A stretch of 64,000 bases of DNA. Origin: Candidatus Saccharimonadota bacterium. GTDB lineage: Bacteria > Patescibacteriota > Saccharimonadia > Saccharimonadales > Saccharimonadaceae. This document shows, one piece after another, positions 29,395 through 39,245 of this stretch. Location: NCBI GenBank assembly GCA_017511865.1, contig JAFWIQ010000012.1, positions 813 to 64,812 of the forward strand. The letters are read 5' to 3'. The first letter of the stretch is position 1. Each line of letters starts with the position of its first letter. The notes below the pieces were generated by a model. The model did not search any database. It was not told the DNA's origin and worked only from the letters and a program-made list of their open reading frames with translations. A program made the position numbers and the translations under genes.

Positions 29395-32300
29395 TTATAC
29401 CATTTTTACATTATCTGTTCCGACTAAATCTCGTAATTTACCAACTAAGTCCTCGGATACGTCTACTCTAAATGGCATTCTAAGTGGACGCTTCGTGTCT
29501 CCATCTTTTAAAACCAATATCACTTCTTGCATTCCGAGGTGTATATCAGCCAATCTCCTTATGGCGGTCAGGACTTCGGTATTATTAGGGTCTTCAACCA
29601 GTATGTATAGTCTCTCTTTCCTGGGGTCTTTTGGAGGATTTTTCAATACTCTAGGCGCATCATCAACCGAAGCGCCATTATTCATTTTCTTCATGCCATT
29701 TCCACTATGGACTTTTTCGGCTGAAGACTTACTATATCTTCTTCTGCCATTTTCTGGCGCAGCCACCGGTGCGGCTAATTTTGTTCCAGTGGATTCATAA
29801 TTATTTAGCGTTTCGTCCGATATCACTTCCACGGCCTCTGCCAGAATTTTTACATCAGAAGTTACATTTCCATCTTTATCTTTAGCGTTGACTTTGCCTC
29901 GCACTTTTAATACATTATCAACTACTAGTTTGCCGCCATACTCTTCAAATACACTTGGAAAAACTATAAATTCGGTCTCATCGGATTTATTTTCTATTTT
30001 TACAAATGCCATTTTGTCGCCTTTTTTGGTCAGAATTGTCCTTACTGCTGTTACGATACCCCCAATTACCACTATCCTATTATCGTTTTCTGCCGTAATT
30101 AAACTCATTGGATGCGTTTGCTCTTCAAAATATATATCGTATTTATCTAGTGGATGCGCCGACAAATAAAGCCCCATTAAGTCGCGTTCCCAAAGAAGTT
30201 GCTCTTTTTCCGGATGTTGCACGGGCGCAGTTTTTATTTCTACTTCTGGCACCATGCCAGCTTCACCCATCATTCCAAATAAATCTGTCTGCCCAGAACC
30301 TATGTCTTTTTGAATCTTAGCCCCATAAGCCTGGATTGACTCTAAATTAAACAGCAAGTCCGATCTTGTTCCCTCGAATCTATCAAACACACCGGTCTTA
30401 ATCGCCGCTTCCCATGATTTTTTATTAAATTTGGTCGCATCCACTCGCTTAGCGAAATCGCATATCGACTTAAACGGTCCACCTTTGTCTCGTTCTGGAA
30501 TCACAATATCTTCCACTAGTGATTTCCCCATATTTTTGATTCCAGATAAGCCAAACCTAATTGTGTTTTCTCCGCCCACAATACCAAAATCACCATACGA
30601 CTGGTTAATGTCCGGCCCCAAAACTTTAATCCCCATTTTTTTACATTCCGCAATCTCAATCGCGAGACGATCCGTCCATCGCATATCTGCTGTCATTAAT
30701 GCTGCCATGAAGGCATCCGGATAGTGGGCCTTCAGGTATGCCGTCCAATAAGCGATCAGGGCGTAACATGCTGCATGAGATTTGTTAAAACAGTAATTAG
30801 CAAATTCCAACAATTGTCCCCAGAATTTTTCGGCAATTTCTTCGGTAGCACCACCAATTTCCACAGCCCCCTTAATAAATTCGGGTTTTACTTTTTTCAT
30901 CAAATCAATCTTTTTCTTTCCTACCGCCTTACGCAAAGTGTCGGCTTGCCCTCCGGTAAATCCACACCAAGTCCTAGAAATCTGCATGAATTGCTCTTGA
31001 TAAATCAAAATCCCATAAGTATTTTTTAGTGCGCCCTCAAGACCGGGGTGAAGATAGGTGATTTCTTCTTGTCCGTGCTTACGTCGGATAAAAGAGTCAA
31101 TAAATTGCATTGGCCCAGGACGGTACAGGGCTACCATAGCGATAATATCTTCAAAAGTTGAGGCCTTTAGGTCTCTCAAATATCTCTTCATGCCTGCGGA
31201 CTCCAATTGGAATACACCGGTAGTTTCCGCTCTCTGTAACAAAGCGTAAGTTTCGGGATCGTCGAGCGGTAGATTGGCCAAATCTATATCGTCATGATAA
31301 ACTTTCCTTACCATCCTCAACGCATTATTGATCACCGACAGATTGGATAGTCCCAAAAAGTCCATTTTAAGTAGCCCCAATTCTTCCACTTGCCCCATCG
31401 GGAATTGCGCAGCAATCGGGCCCTTTGCCGAAACTTCCAGTGGCAAAAACTTTACCAAGTCATCCGGCGCAATAATCACCCCACAAGCATGAACGCCGTG
31501 ATTGCGAATGGTCCCCTCAAGTCTTGATGCAAAGTCTATTACTTCTTTAGATGTAGGATTGGTCTCGTATTCGTGTTTTAGGTCTGGAACGTCCTTGATG
31601 GCATCACTTAAGTGCACATGGTGCCCTTGCACCGGATCTGGTACCATTTTCGCTAATCGATCGGCTTCTGCGTAAGGAACCTCTAGTACTCTCGCAACGT
31701 CTCTTACTGCGTTTTTGGCCATCATTTTACCAAAAGTTGCAATATTGGAAACACGTTCGAAGCCATATTTGTTCGAACAGTATTCAATTACTTCGTCTCG
31801 CCTAGTGTCCTGGATGTCCGTATCAATATCTGGCATGCTAATACGGTCTGGGTTTAAAAATCTTTCAAATAGCAAATCGTATTTGAGTGGATCCAACTCC
31901 GTAATACGTAATGCGTATGCCAAAATCGAACCCGCCGCCGAACCTCGTCCTGGGCCATAGACTATTCTTTGACTTTTGCCCCAGTTGATGAAGTCTTGTA
32001 CTATCAAAAAATATCCATTATATCCCATTTTGTCCACCACAGACAATTCGTAATCTATGCGCGGCAAAATTTTATGTTCATCATCGCGCTCTTCGTCCGC
32101 CTTTGCTAGGATTTTTCGACATTCTTCTATAGTCAAATTCGTAGTGTCATCCAGTTTTTTGTCGCCATATCTATATACTAATCCTTGAAAAACTAACTTA
32201 TCGAGATAAGTTTTTTCGTCTTCGCCATCTGGTACTGGGAATTTTGGAATTAAAATTCTTCCAAGTTGCAAATCCACATCGCAACGTTCTGCGATTTTTT

Positions 32301-33129
32301 TTGTATTAATAACTGCTTCTGGGCAAGTTTCTTCCCAATGTTCAATAATTTCTTCAGCCGAAATCACATGGAGATCGTAATCTTTTAATGTCATACGATT
32401 GGTATCTGATAAATTCGATGCCGTACCTATACAAAGTAGCACTTCGTGTGCATCTTGATCCTCATGGTTTAAGTAATGCGCATCGCAAGTTACTACTAGT
32501 GGTAACCCTAGTTCCTCGGCGTGCGCCATCAGCCAATCATTGACTTTTTTCTGCTCTTTAGAATGAGTGCTGGATTTTGGATGCCCATGGTCTTGCATCT
32601 CTAAATAAAACCTATCTTTAAAAACATTGCGATACCAATCAATCAACGCATAGGCCCTTTCATCATCTCCGGCCCGTATTGCTTCTGAGATTTCTGAACC
32701 CATACAGCCAGACAGACAGATGATGCCCTCATTGTATTTTTCTAGTTCGTCATGATCCGTGCGTGGCTTGTAGTATTTACCATGCTCCTCGGCGTTGCTC
32801 ATGATTCTGCAGAGGTTTTCGAACCCCTTGTTGTTCATGGCCAAGAGTGTAATATGGAATCTTTGTTTATCATGGGCGGGGTCTTTGTCCGTCATTTTTC
32901 GTGCAGCCACATAAGACTCTAGCCCCAGAATCGGCTTAATTCCAGCATCATTGCAACATTTGTATAATTCAACCAACCCAGACATGGTGCCATGATCAGT
33001 TACCGCCACGGCTTCCATGCCATCTTTTTTTACAAAATCAACTAGCTCTGGGACTTTTGTTAGCCCATCAAGAAGCGAATAGTGCGTGTGATTATGTAGG
33101 TGTACATAGTCACTAGTTTTCAGCTTCAT
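29395..33129 (-). CDS. dnaE: DNA polymerase III alpha subunit
   Basis: PHP domain HLHNHTHYSLLDG, GPGRGSAAGS, MPDIDTD, KMDFLGL, FNKSH and an OB fold. Confidence 0.98.
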   Translation of the reverse strand: MKLKTSDYVHLHNHTHYSLLDGLTKVPELVDFVKKDGMEAVAVTDHGTMSGLVELYKCCNDAGIKPILGLESYVAARKMTDKDPAHDKQRFHITLLAMNNKGFENLCRIMSNAEEHGKYYKPRTDHDELEKYNEGIICLSGCMGSEISEAIRAGDDERAYALIDWYRNVFKDRFYLEMQDHGHPKSSTHSKEQKKVNDWLMAHAEELGLPLVVTCDAHYLNHEDQDAHEVLLCIGTASNLSDTNRMTLKDYDLHVISAEEIIEHWEETCPEAVINTKKIAERCDVDLQLGRILIPKFPVPDGEDEKTYLDKLVFQGLVYRYGDKKLDDTTNLTIEECRKILAKADEERDDEHKILPRIDYELSVVDKMGYNGYFLIVQDFINWGKSQRIVYGPGRGSAAGSILAYALRITELDPLKYDLLFERFLNPDRISMPDIDTDIQDTRRDEVIEYCSNKYGFERVSNIATFGKMMAKNAVRDVARVLEVPYAEADRLAKMVPDPVQGHHVHLSDAIKDVPDLKHEYETNPTSKEVIDFASRLEGTIRNHGVHACGVIIAPDDLVKFLPLEVSAKGPIAAQFPMGQVEELGLLKMDFLGLSNLSVINNALRMVRKVYHDDIDLANLPLDDPETYALLQRAETTGVFQLESAGMKRYLRDLKASTFEDIIAMVALYRPGPMQFIDSFIRRKHGQEEITYLHPGLEGALKNTYGILIYQEQFMQISRTWCGFTGGQADTLRKAVGKKKIDLMKKVKPEFIKGAVEIGGATEEIAEKFWGQLLEFANYCFNKSHAACYALIAYWTAYLKAHYPDAFMAALMTADMRWTDRLAIEIAECKKMGIKVLGPDINQSYGDFGIVGGENTIRFGLSGIKNMGKSLVEDIVIPERDKGGPFKSICDFAKRVDATKFNKKSWEAAIKTGVFDRFEGTRSDLLFNLESIQAYGAKIQKDIGSGQTDLFGMMGEAGMVPEVEIKTAPVQHPEKEQLLWERDLMGLYLSAHPLDKYDIYFEEQTHPMSLITAENDNRIVVIGGIVTAVRTILTKKGDKMAFVKIENKSDETEFIVFPSVFEEYGGKLVVDNVLKVRGKVNAKDKDGNVTSDVKILAEAVEVISDETLNNYESTGTKLAAPVAAPENGRRRYSKSSAEKVHSGNGMKKMNNGASVDDAPRVLKNPPKDPRKERLYILVEDPNNTEVLTAIRRLADIHLGMQEVILVLKDGDTKRPLRMPFRVDVSEDLVGKLRDLVGTDNVKMV

Positions 33130-33386
33130 TTTTTCTCGCTGGTTTTACTTTTGGTGCTTTCTTTTTTTGCCTTTTTTAAGTCGTTATTTTCGTCTTTATC
33201 TTCTTTTTTACATTCGTGACAATCGCACTCTTCTTTACAATCACATCCGCAGTCACACTCACTGTCATCTTCATTGTCGGTTGTTTTGTTGCCTACAAAA
33301 CGCCCCGCAATCGCTCCAGCTGCCGCACCCAACAAAGCCCCCAAGAAAAACTTTCCTGCACCACTTTTTTTCTTTTCGTCTGTCAT
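33126..33386 (-). CDS. YtxH-like small protein with a Cys-rich segment
   Basis: GKFFLGALLGAAAGAIAG, then CDCGCDCKEECDCHEC. Confidence 0.7.
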   Translation of the reverse strand: MTDEKKKSGAGKFFLGALLGAAAGAIAGRFVGNKTTDNEDDSECDCGCDCKEECDCHECKKEDKDENNDLKKAKKESTKSKTSEKK

Positions 33387-33667
33387 TTTTCCTTCTCCTC
33401 TTTTTTGGTATCTTTAATCTTTTCCTTTAATTTTGGATTGATATACTTGTCGACAAACATTTCTACGGTTCCTCCAATCGAAGTCATACCCTTCACGTTT
33501 GACACAATGCCATTAGCGTTGTCGGCTATATCCTGACTTTTTTCCACGACTTTCTGAGCCTCTTTGGTAAGTCCAATCAATCTCACGATTAGAACAATCC
33601 CCACAATCAAAAACACAAAAAGCGTCACGCTTAAAATTGCTACTAAAATCCATTCAGCTGTATTCAT
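33383..33667 (-). CDS. YtxG/DUF948-like membrane protein
   Basis: N-terminal TM helix plus coiled coil, SD AAGGAG, coupled to the YtxH-like gene. Confidence 0.6.
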   Translation of the reverse strand: MNTAEWILVAILSVTLFVFLIVGIVLIVRLIGLTKEAQKVVEKSQDIADNANGIVSNVKGMTSIGGTVEMFVDKYINPKLKEKIKDTKKEEKEK

Positions 33668-33698
33668 AGTTTTTCTCCTTAAACCCCATTATAACATA

Positions 33699-34574
33699 TT
33701 AATTTTCTGCTATAAATTTGCGTACATCATCTGCATAGTCGGTCTTAGTGAGCACATACTTTAAGTGGGCCAAGAAATAATTCTTTGGGTCTCCTGTAGT
33801 AATCCACTCGCCACTACTCTTCGTCACGATTACGTCTCCATGCTTTGCTAGTTCCGTAATCGCATCCACGGTCCAAAGTTCTCCATCTAGACCAGTATTT
33901 GAAGGTAATAAGTAATCAAACACTTCCGGAGTAAGCAAATATCTGCCGTAGCTAGTCAAATTACTTGGCGACAAATCTGGGGTTTTTGGTTTTTCTACGA
34001 TATGGCTAAGCGTTCCATTATCCTTTAGCGCAATCATGCCGTATTTATGCCAGACATCTTCAGGCATTTCTTGAGCTGCAATTACGGCTTTTGCTTCAGG
34101 GTTCTTTTCGTAAGAGTCAATCAATATTTTTGCATCTCCCTGCCCCAAAATCAAATCATCGCTATATAATACCACAAAGGCTTCCTCGTCTTTAACAAAT
34201 TCTTTTGCCGAAACAATTGGGGAGCCATTTCCGTATGGTAGGCTAGGGTCTTGTTCTATGACTGTAATCTTTGGAAAACTCAAAACTTGTTCTACTGGCT
34301 TAAAACGATCTAATTTTCCTTGTTTTTCAAGCAGAGTTCTTACGTTGTCAGATTTATTATGGAAGTAATCTTCATAAATTTCTTTTGATTTTGTATTTGG
34401 CGTTGCCACTATGATAATCTCTTCGATACCGGCCTCTACACACTCCTCTACGCAAAGCTGCATTACTGGCTTCGCGCCGATGGGGACCATTGCTTTTGGA
34501 ATTGTCTTTGTGATTGGTAGATAGCGGCTAGCAAACCCCGCATCAGTAATTATCGCTTTTTTTACTTTTTTCAT
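33699..34574 (-). CDS. galU: UTP--glucose-1-phosphate uridylyltransferase-like nucleotidyltransferase
   Basis: KKAIITDAGFASRYLPITKTIPKAM, IVEKP and GRY. Confidence 0.8.
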   Translation of the reverse strand: MKKVKKAIITDAGFASRYLPITKTIPKAMVPIGAKPVMQLCVEECVEAGIEEIIIVATPNTKSKEIYEDYFHNKSDNVRTLLEKQGKLDRFKPVEQVLSFPKITVIEQDPSLPYGNGSPIVSAKEFVKDEEAFVVLYSDDLILGQGDAKILIDSYEKNPEAKAVIAAQEMPEDVWHKYGMIALKDNGTLSHIVEKPKTPDLSPSNLTSYGRYLLTPEVFDYLLPSNTGLDGELWTVDAITELAKHGDVIVTKSSGEWITTGDPKNYFLAHLKYVLTKTDYADDVRKFIAEN

Positions 34575-34663
34575 AATAGAATCTCCTTGAAATTTCATTA
34601 TAGCATACAAAGAAGCATTAAAAAACAAACAGTTGTATCAAATTACAGAAATAATACCGAGGT

Positions 34664-35269
34664 CTATTTTTTCTTTTTCTTAGCAGGGGTCTTTCTGGAC
34701 GCTTTTCTTGCAACTCTGTCTTCGATATTTTGAGCTCGATTATGTACTCCGTAAATTAAGCTTGTAGTTCCGACTATGAGCATGTAGGCGCCAAAGAATC
34801 TAGCAAAAGTTATGATTTCGAAATTGCCAGCGTTAAGAATCGCCACCCCCATCACACAACCACATATACCGGCCAACACACGGATAAAACGGTCCGTTGG
34901 ATCGACGGTTGACAAAAACCCGTGAAATATGTCAATTATACCAGAAACGATGGTGTAGGCCGAAATAATAATCAGGCTCGAAACCAAATCGGCTTTTGCG
35001 AAAAATAACAACGCTATGGCAGCGGCTACATCTATCAAGGCGTCTATGACGGAATTAATCCAACCACGCTTTTTGGTTGAACTATAAAGAGCACTAACCG
35101 AGTCTACGATGCCAATTAATAGCAAGAAGACACTAATCACCGAAATCATGACTTCTATGTTGGACATGCCACTAAATAAAACAAACAACCCAAAAAGCCC
35201 CGCTAAGATTCCCCTTACTACAAATACCCCCCAATGCTTGTCGATAAATCGTCGATTAATATGTGCCAT
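34664..35269 (-). CDS. HdeD/DUF308 membrane protein
   Basis: HWGVFVVRGILAGLFG and six TM helices. Confidence 0.75.
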   Translation of the reverse strand: MAHINRRFIDKHWGVFVVRGILAGLFGLFVLFSGMSNIEVMISVISVFLLLIGIVDSVSALYSSTKKRGWINSVIDALIDVAAAIALLFFAKADLVSSLIIISAYTIVSGIIDIFHGFLSTVDPTDRFIRVLAGICGCVMGVAILNAGNFEIITFARFFGAYMLIVGTTSLIYGVHNRAQNIEDRVARKASRKTPAKKKKK

Positions 35270-35345
35270 AAAATTCCTTTTTTACTTATGTTTATTTTAT
35301 CACAAATAAGTATTTTTAGTAAACAAAGAAAACGTCCCTAGTTAT

Positions 35346-36365
35346 CTAAACGTGACGTATTTTTTTACGAGCTAATTCCACGATTTTTGTTTTCTGATAA
35401 GCCACAGGCTTCAAAATCATATCATGTGCAGGAGTATATTTTAATTCTTCACATCCAAAAGATCTTTTGAATTCCGAAACCCCATAAAACCGATGTGACT
35501 TCTCGTCTGGCTCCACAATCCCCCATAAATTATATCTCACACATCCTCTTTTTCTAGCTTCTTCCATTGCCTTCATGTGGAGCAGTGGTGCGGCGGAGTA
35601 TTTGGTTCCTAAATCCGAAGAAACACCATAATGGTAACTCGCTTCTGGTCCGTAAAAAATCATGAAGTTCATCGCTAAAATTTGACCATCTTTTTTCGCC
35701 GTATAAATCAATACCTCATCGTTTTTTCTGAATGCCTCAAATTGCTTAGTCAAAAAACTTGCAGAAAATGCCACATATTTTTGTCTTTCCGCGTGTTTTC
35801 TTTCTAGCTTACAAAATTCATCGATAGCCTCATCGCTCGTCTCGGCGCAAACTTCAATATCGGCTTTTTCTGCTTTTCTCAATTTTCTCCGAAATCCTTG
35901 CGAAGCTCCAGCCAAAATTTCCGCATCGGTTTTCTCGAGATCCAAAATCCCCGCGTATTCTACCGAAAGATACATCGGAGCTTTTTTGAGTCCCAGCTCT
36001 TGCATCAGCTTCATGGATTTATCAGATAATGGGAGCTGTGGTCTTATCCTCGCAAAAGCACAGCCATATTTCTTGCCAACATTTTTTATATCATCAAAAA
36101 TTTTTCTTACCTCTTTTGTTTTTTCCCAATCAAGAATCGGCCCCCCCGCAATCGCCAAATGTTTTCCACGCTTGGCTGTCTCCACCACTCCAGCATAAGC
36201 CGCGCATATTTGATTATTATCATCAACAATTGCCCTTCGGACAATTGTTTTGTCTCGGCTTTTGTGAAATTCGTAAAAATCATAAGACTGCAAAAAATTT
36301 GCCTCTTTGTGTGATTTTATAAAATCATCCCACTTGTTTCTATCTTGAATTTCCTCAATGTTCAT
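35346..36365 (-). CDS. FemABX-family aminoacyl-tRNA-dependent transferase
   Basis: NFLQS, GGPILDW, YNLWGI, GVSEFKRSFG. Confidence 0.9.
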   Translation of the reverse strand: MNIEEIQDRNKWDDFIKSHKEANFLQSYDFYEFHKSRDKTIVRRAIVDDNNQICAAYAGVVETAKRGKHLAIAGGPILDWEKTKEVRKIFDDIKNVGKKYGCAFARIRPQLPLSDKSMKLMQELGLKKAPMYLSVEYAGILDLEKTDAEILAGASQGFRRKLRKAEKADIEVCAETSDEAIDEFCKLERKHAERQKYVAFSASFLTKQFEAFRKNDEVLIYTAKKDGQILAMNFMIFYGPEASYHYGVSSDLGTKYSAAPLLHMKAMEEARKRGCVRYNLWGIVEPDEKSHRFYGVSEFKRSFGCEELKYTPAHDMILKPVAYQKTKIVELARKKIRHV

Positions 36366-37345
36366 AAATGCCTCTTCTTCTTTCGCACTGTTTCTACAGC
36401 TAAATTTTTAAGATATTTTATTTTGGACACAATCATATCGTGAGCTGGCACATATTCTACAATTTCCCCACCAAAACCAGTTTTAAAAGTTGTTACGCCG
36501 GCATAGCGGTGATTAGGCTGGTTGGCTGGAGCGATTCCCCACAAGTTAAATCTTTCATATCCTTCTTGTTTGAGGCCTCGCATCGCTTGCCAGAGCAAAG
36601 CATACGCTCCGGGCAGTTTGCGATTCAATAACGTTGATGCCGCTTCGTAATAATCTCCCTCCATACCAGCCCTGATGATTAAGCCATATGCAATTTTTTC
36701 GCCTTCTTTGGTACTGGCGACATAAATTTCAATATTATCACCAAAAGCCTCTCGCTCTGCCATTAGGGTATTTAAGTCTGGCGGTACAAAATTCTGACGT
36801 TTTGCCGTTTCGACTTGTACAGCATGAAATTCTCGGAAAACTTCCTCTGAATTACTTTTTGTTACTTTTATACCAAGCTTTTCTGCCCTCCTCACTTCAT
36901 ATCTCGTTTGTCGTCGCATGGCAGACAATAAATCCTCTTCGGACTTCGTTAAATCTATCATTACTGTATGTTCTGCCGCTAGGTGCATCGGCGATTTTTT
37001 GAGGCCTTTCTTTTCTAAAATCTTTGCATCTTTGGAGTTCGCTTTTAGTTGTGGGCGCATCCTTACGAATACGCATTTCTCTTCCAGTGCAATCTTCTGG
37101 ATTTTAGCCAAAACATCATCCACCAATTTCTTATTTTGCCAATCAATCAATGGGCCACAAGGAATCTCCAAATACCTTCCTCTTTTGGCATTTCGCACGA
37201 CCATCAGGGCGTATCCCTCTTTCTTGTCTTTGCCATAGCTATCTGTGATTACCTTATTCCCTAAAAGCTCATTCATTTTGCCATATTCTGGTGATTGCAA
37301 AAAGTTTGCCTCAGGAAACTCATCAATCACTTTGCCCCAATCCAT
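36362..37345 (-). CDS. FemABX-family aminoacyl-tRNA-dependent transferase (second paralog)
   Basis: NFLQS, CGPLIDW, TRYEVRRA, FNLWGI, GVTTFKTGFGG. Confidence 0.9.
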   Translation of the reverse strand: MDWGKVIDEFPEANFLQSPEYGKMNELLGNKVITDSYGKDKKEGYALMVVRNAKRGRYLEIPCGPLIDWQNKKLVDDVLAKIQKIALEEKCVFVRMRPQLKANSKDAKILEKKGLKKSPMHLAAEHTVMIDLTKSEEDLLSAMRRQTRYEVRRAEKLGIKVTKSNSEEVFREFHAVQVETAKRQNFVPPDLNTLMAEREAFGDNIEIYVASTKEGEKIAYGLIIRAGMEGDYYEAASTLLNRKLPGAYALLWQAMRGLKQEGYERFNLWGIAPANQPNHRYAGVTTFKTGFGGEIVEYVPAHDMIVSKIKYLKNLAVETVRKKKRHL

Positions 37346-38547
37346 TATTTATCCTCCAGGTAATCTTTTACTATTTTTAGTGCTGGCGCCAATTCTTGTT
37401 TGGTGTAATGAGACGGAAAATTTATGATTTTTTTAGTTACCTCTACCGATGTCGGACATTCATTCTCGGGAAAATGCACCTTCTTGTAATATCTTTCTGG
37501 AGAAACCGGTCGTTCATACCAAAACCCATCAAAATAATAACCAGCTTTTTTTAGTTCTTTCAAAACCTCATCTTGGTTTTTGACTAAATAAAACTCTCTA
37601 ATTTTACCTTCCCCAGACTTTTTTAATTTTTGAAGTTGCTTTAGGGCCATTTTTGCCTCAAATTTACTAATTTTCCGATTCAAATCCAATTTATTGTCGG
37701 CAGATTTTTCAACCCAATGAATCTTAATTAATAGCCCCATCCATGGCCCACTCAAGCGAATATAGGACAGTCCTCTAGCGATTGCTCCAAATAGTGGATA
37801 GAATCTTGCTCTTAGTGCATCGGATATTTTTGGCTTTAAATATGGCTCTTTAATTTTCGGAAAGTCGCCATGCATCTCGCTCGTTTTTTGAATTCGCTCA
37901 CGCAACACCACGGCACCACCGGATATCGTATCGATTGATTTGTCTTTGCCAAATGACAATATCGTCGCAGCTCCTATGGTGCCAGCCTCTCGTCCATCGG
38001 CATACTTTACTCCGGCACAATGAGCCAAATCTTCAACAATCGTTAAGCTGTGCTTCTTCGCAAATTTCTCAATAGCCCCAATATCCACTGGATTGCCAAA
38101 AGTATTTTGGACTATAATCCCACGAATTTTCTCACGAGCTGGTGACTGAGCTGGGCGATCCCCTACGGAGTCCTTAGATGACGTGGGGGAAGCCACGACG
38201 GCATGACTCGCTCGGAGAATTTGTTGGAGAGATTCACTATCAAAATTCAAACTATTTTTATCTATGTCAACAAATACCGGAATTAACCCCGCAGCCTTTA
38301 TCGCCTCATATACAGCGTAGCACGTAAAGCCATTTACGATAATCTCATCTCCGGGCTCAAAATAGGCCTTTAATGCCATTGCTAAAGCCGACCGCCCATT
38401 TTTGGTAAGAACAGCCTTTCCCTGATATTTCTCTGCTAGAAACTTTTTTAATTCGTCGCAGTCCTTTTGTTGCCCTATGGCAAAAGTATGCGCAAGTCTT
38501 TGCCTCCTAGAATAATTAGCCGCCAAACCTAAAAAATAATGTTTCAC
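37345..38547 (-). CDS. DegT/DnrJ/EryC1/StrS-family PLP enzyme
   Basis: NGRSAL, PVFVDID, IVEDLAH and SFGKDK (PLP lysine). Confidence 0.85.
   Translation of the reverse strand: MKHYFLGLAANYSRRQRLAHTFAIGQQKDCDELKKFLAEKYQGKAVLTKNGRSALAMALKAYFEPGDEIIVNGFTCYAVYEAIKAAGLIPVFVDIDKNSLNFDSESLQQILRASHAVVASPTSSKDSVGDRPAQSPAREKIRGIIVQNTFGNPVDIGAIEKFAKKHSLTIVEDLAHCAGVKYADGREAGTIGAATILSFGKDKSIDTISGGAVVLRERIQKTSEMHGDFPKIKEPYLKPKISDALRARFYPLFGAIARGLSYIRLSGPWMGLLIKIHWVEKSADNKLDLNRKISKFEAKMALKQLQKLKKSGEGKIREFYLVKNQDEVLKELKKAGYYFDGFWYERPVSPERYYKKVHFPENECPTSVEVTKKIINFPSHYTKQELAPALKIVKDYLEDK
38121..38226. repeat. About 105-bp imperfect palindrome in frame in the DegT gene
   Basis: Outer arms cacgaattttctc and gagaatttgttg, inner arms cccctacg and cgtggggg. 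Encodes ILRASHAVVASPTSSKDSVGDRPAQSPAREKIR. Confidence 0.7.
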
Positions 38548-39245
38548 CCCTTCATCCTTTTTACTAAATTTGTTAAAACCCGTGCCAGCTCGTCCGGATT
38601 AGAAATATATGGCGCATGGGTCCAGTTGGCATAAAATTTGAGTTCGGCATTTGGCAATTTTTCGTACATAGCCGTAGCTTGTCTTGGGGGCGTCGTCGTA
38701 TCTTTCTTCCCCCATAGTATAAAGGTTTTTGTCTCAACTTTACTAAAATCAAGCTCCTTGTCGGACTCTAACATGTTCGATAAAGTCTTTTTCATATTTT
38801 CGGGGGCCTTAGAATAATCAGTTGAGCCAGTGAGTTTATGGAAAACCTTATCAATAATTGGTATTTTTTTAAACACCTTACCAATTTTTGCTACTTTTGT
38901 TACTATTTTTTTTCTAACGGACGGCTCATATATGCCGGCACTATCTAGCAAAATCAAATACTTGAGCTTACTGGGTTTTTTTGCACAAAGATTTAGTAAT
39001 ATCCTGCCACCATTTGAATGGCCAAGCGCAATAGCCCCGTCTGGGATATTTTTGTTGGCCCACTTCACATAGTCATCTATCGAAAAAACTTTTTCTGACT
39101 CTTCCGTTAGCCCTGGAACGTTTAGCATTTTTACGTTAATGCCGTTCTCTTTCATTAGGGCTAAAGTCTTTTCCCACGGCTTTGTTGTGTAAGTCCACCC
39201 ATGTATTATGTATAAATCTATGATTTTTTTTGATGAGGACGACAT
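38544..39245 (-). CDS. Alpha/beta hydrolase
   Basis: IIHGW, GHSNGG nucleophile elbow, WGKKD and HAPY. Start overlaps the upstream stop (TAATG). Confidence 0.9.
   Translation of the reverse strand: MSSSSKKIIDLYIIHGWTYTTKPWEKTLALMKENGINVKMLNVPGLTEESEKVFSIDDYVKWANKNIPDGAIALGHSNGGRILLNLCAKKPSKLKYLILLDSAGIYEPSVRKKIVTKVAKIGKVFKKIPIIDKVFHKLTGSTDYSKAPENMKKTLSNMLESDKELDFSKVETKTFILWGKKDTTTPPRQATAMYEKLPNAELKFYANWTHAPYISNPDELARVLTNLVKRMKG

Noticed and set aside
29395..33129. Intein or intron in dnaE
   Set aside because: The length is normal, no intein splicing motifs were seen, and the extra C-terminal residues are a low-complexity linker.
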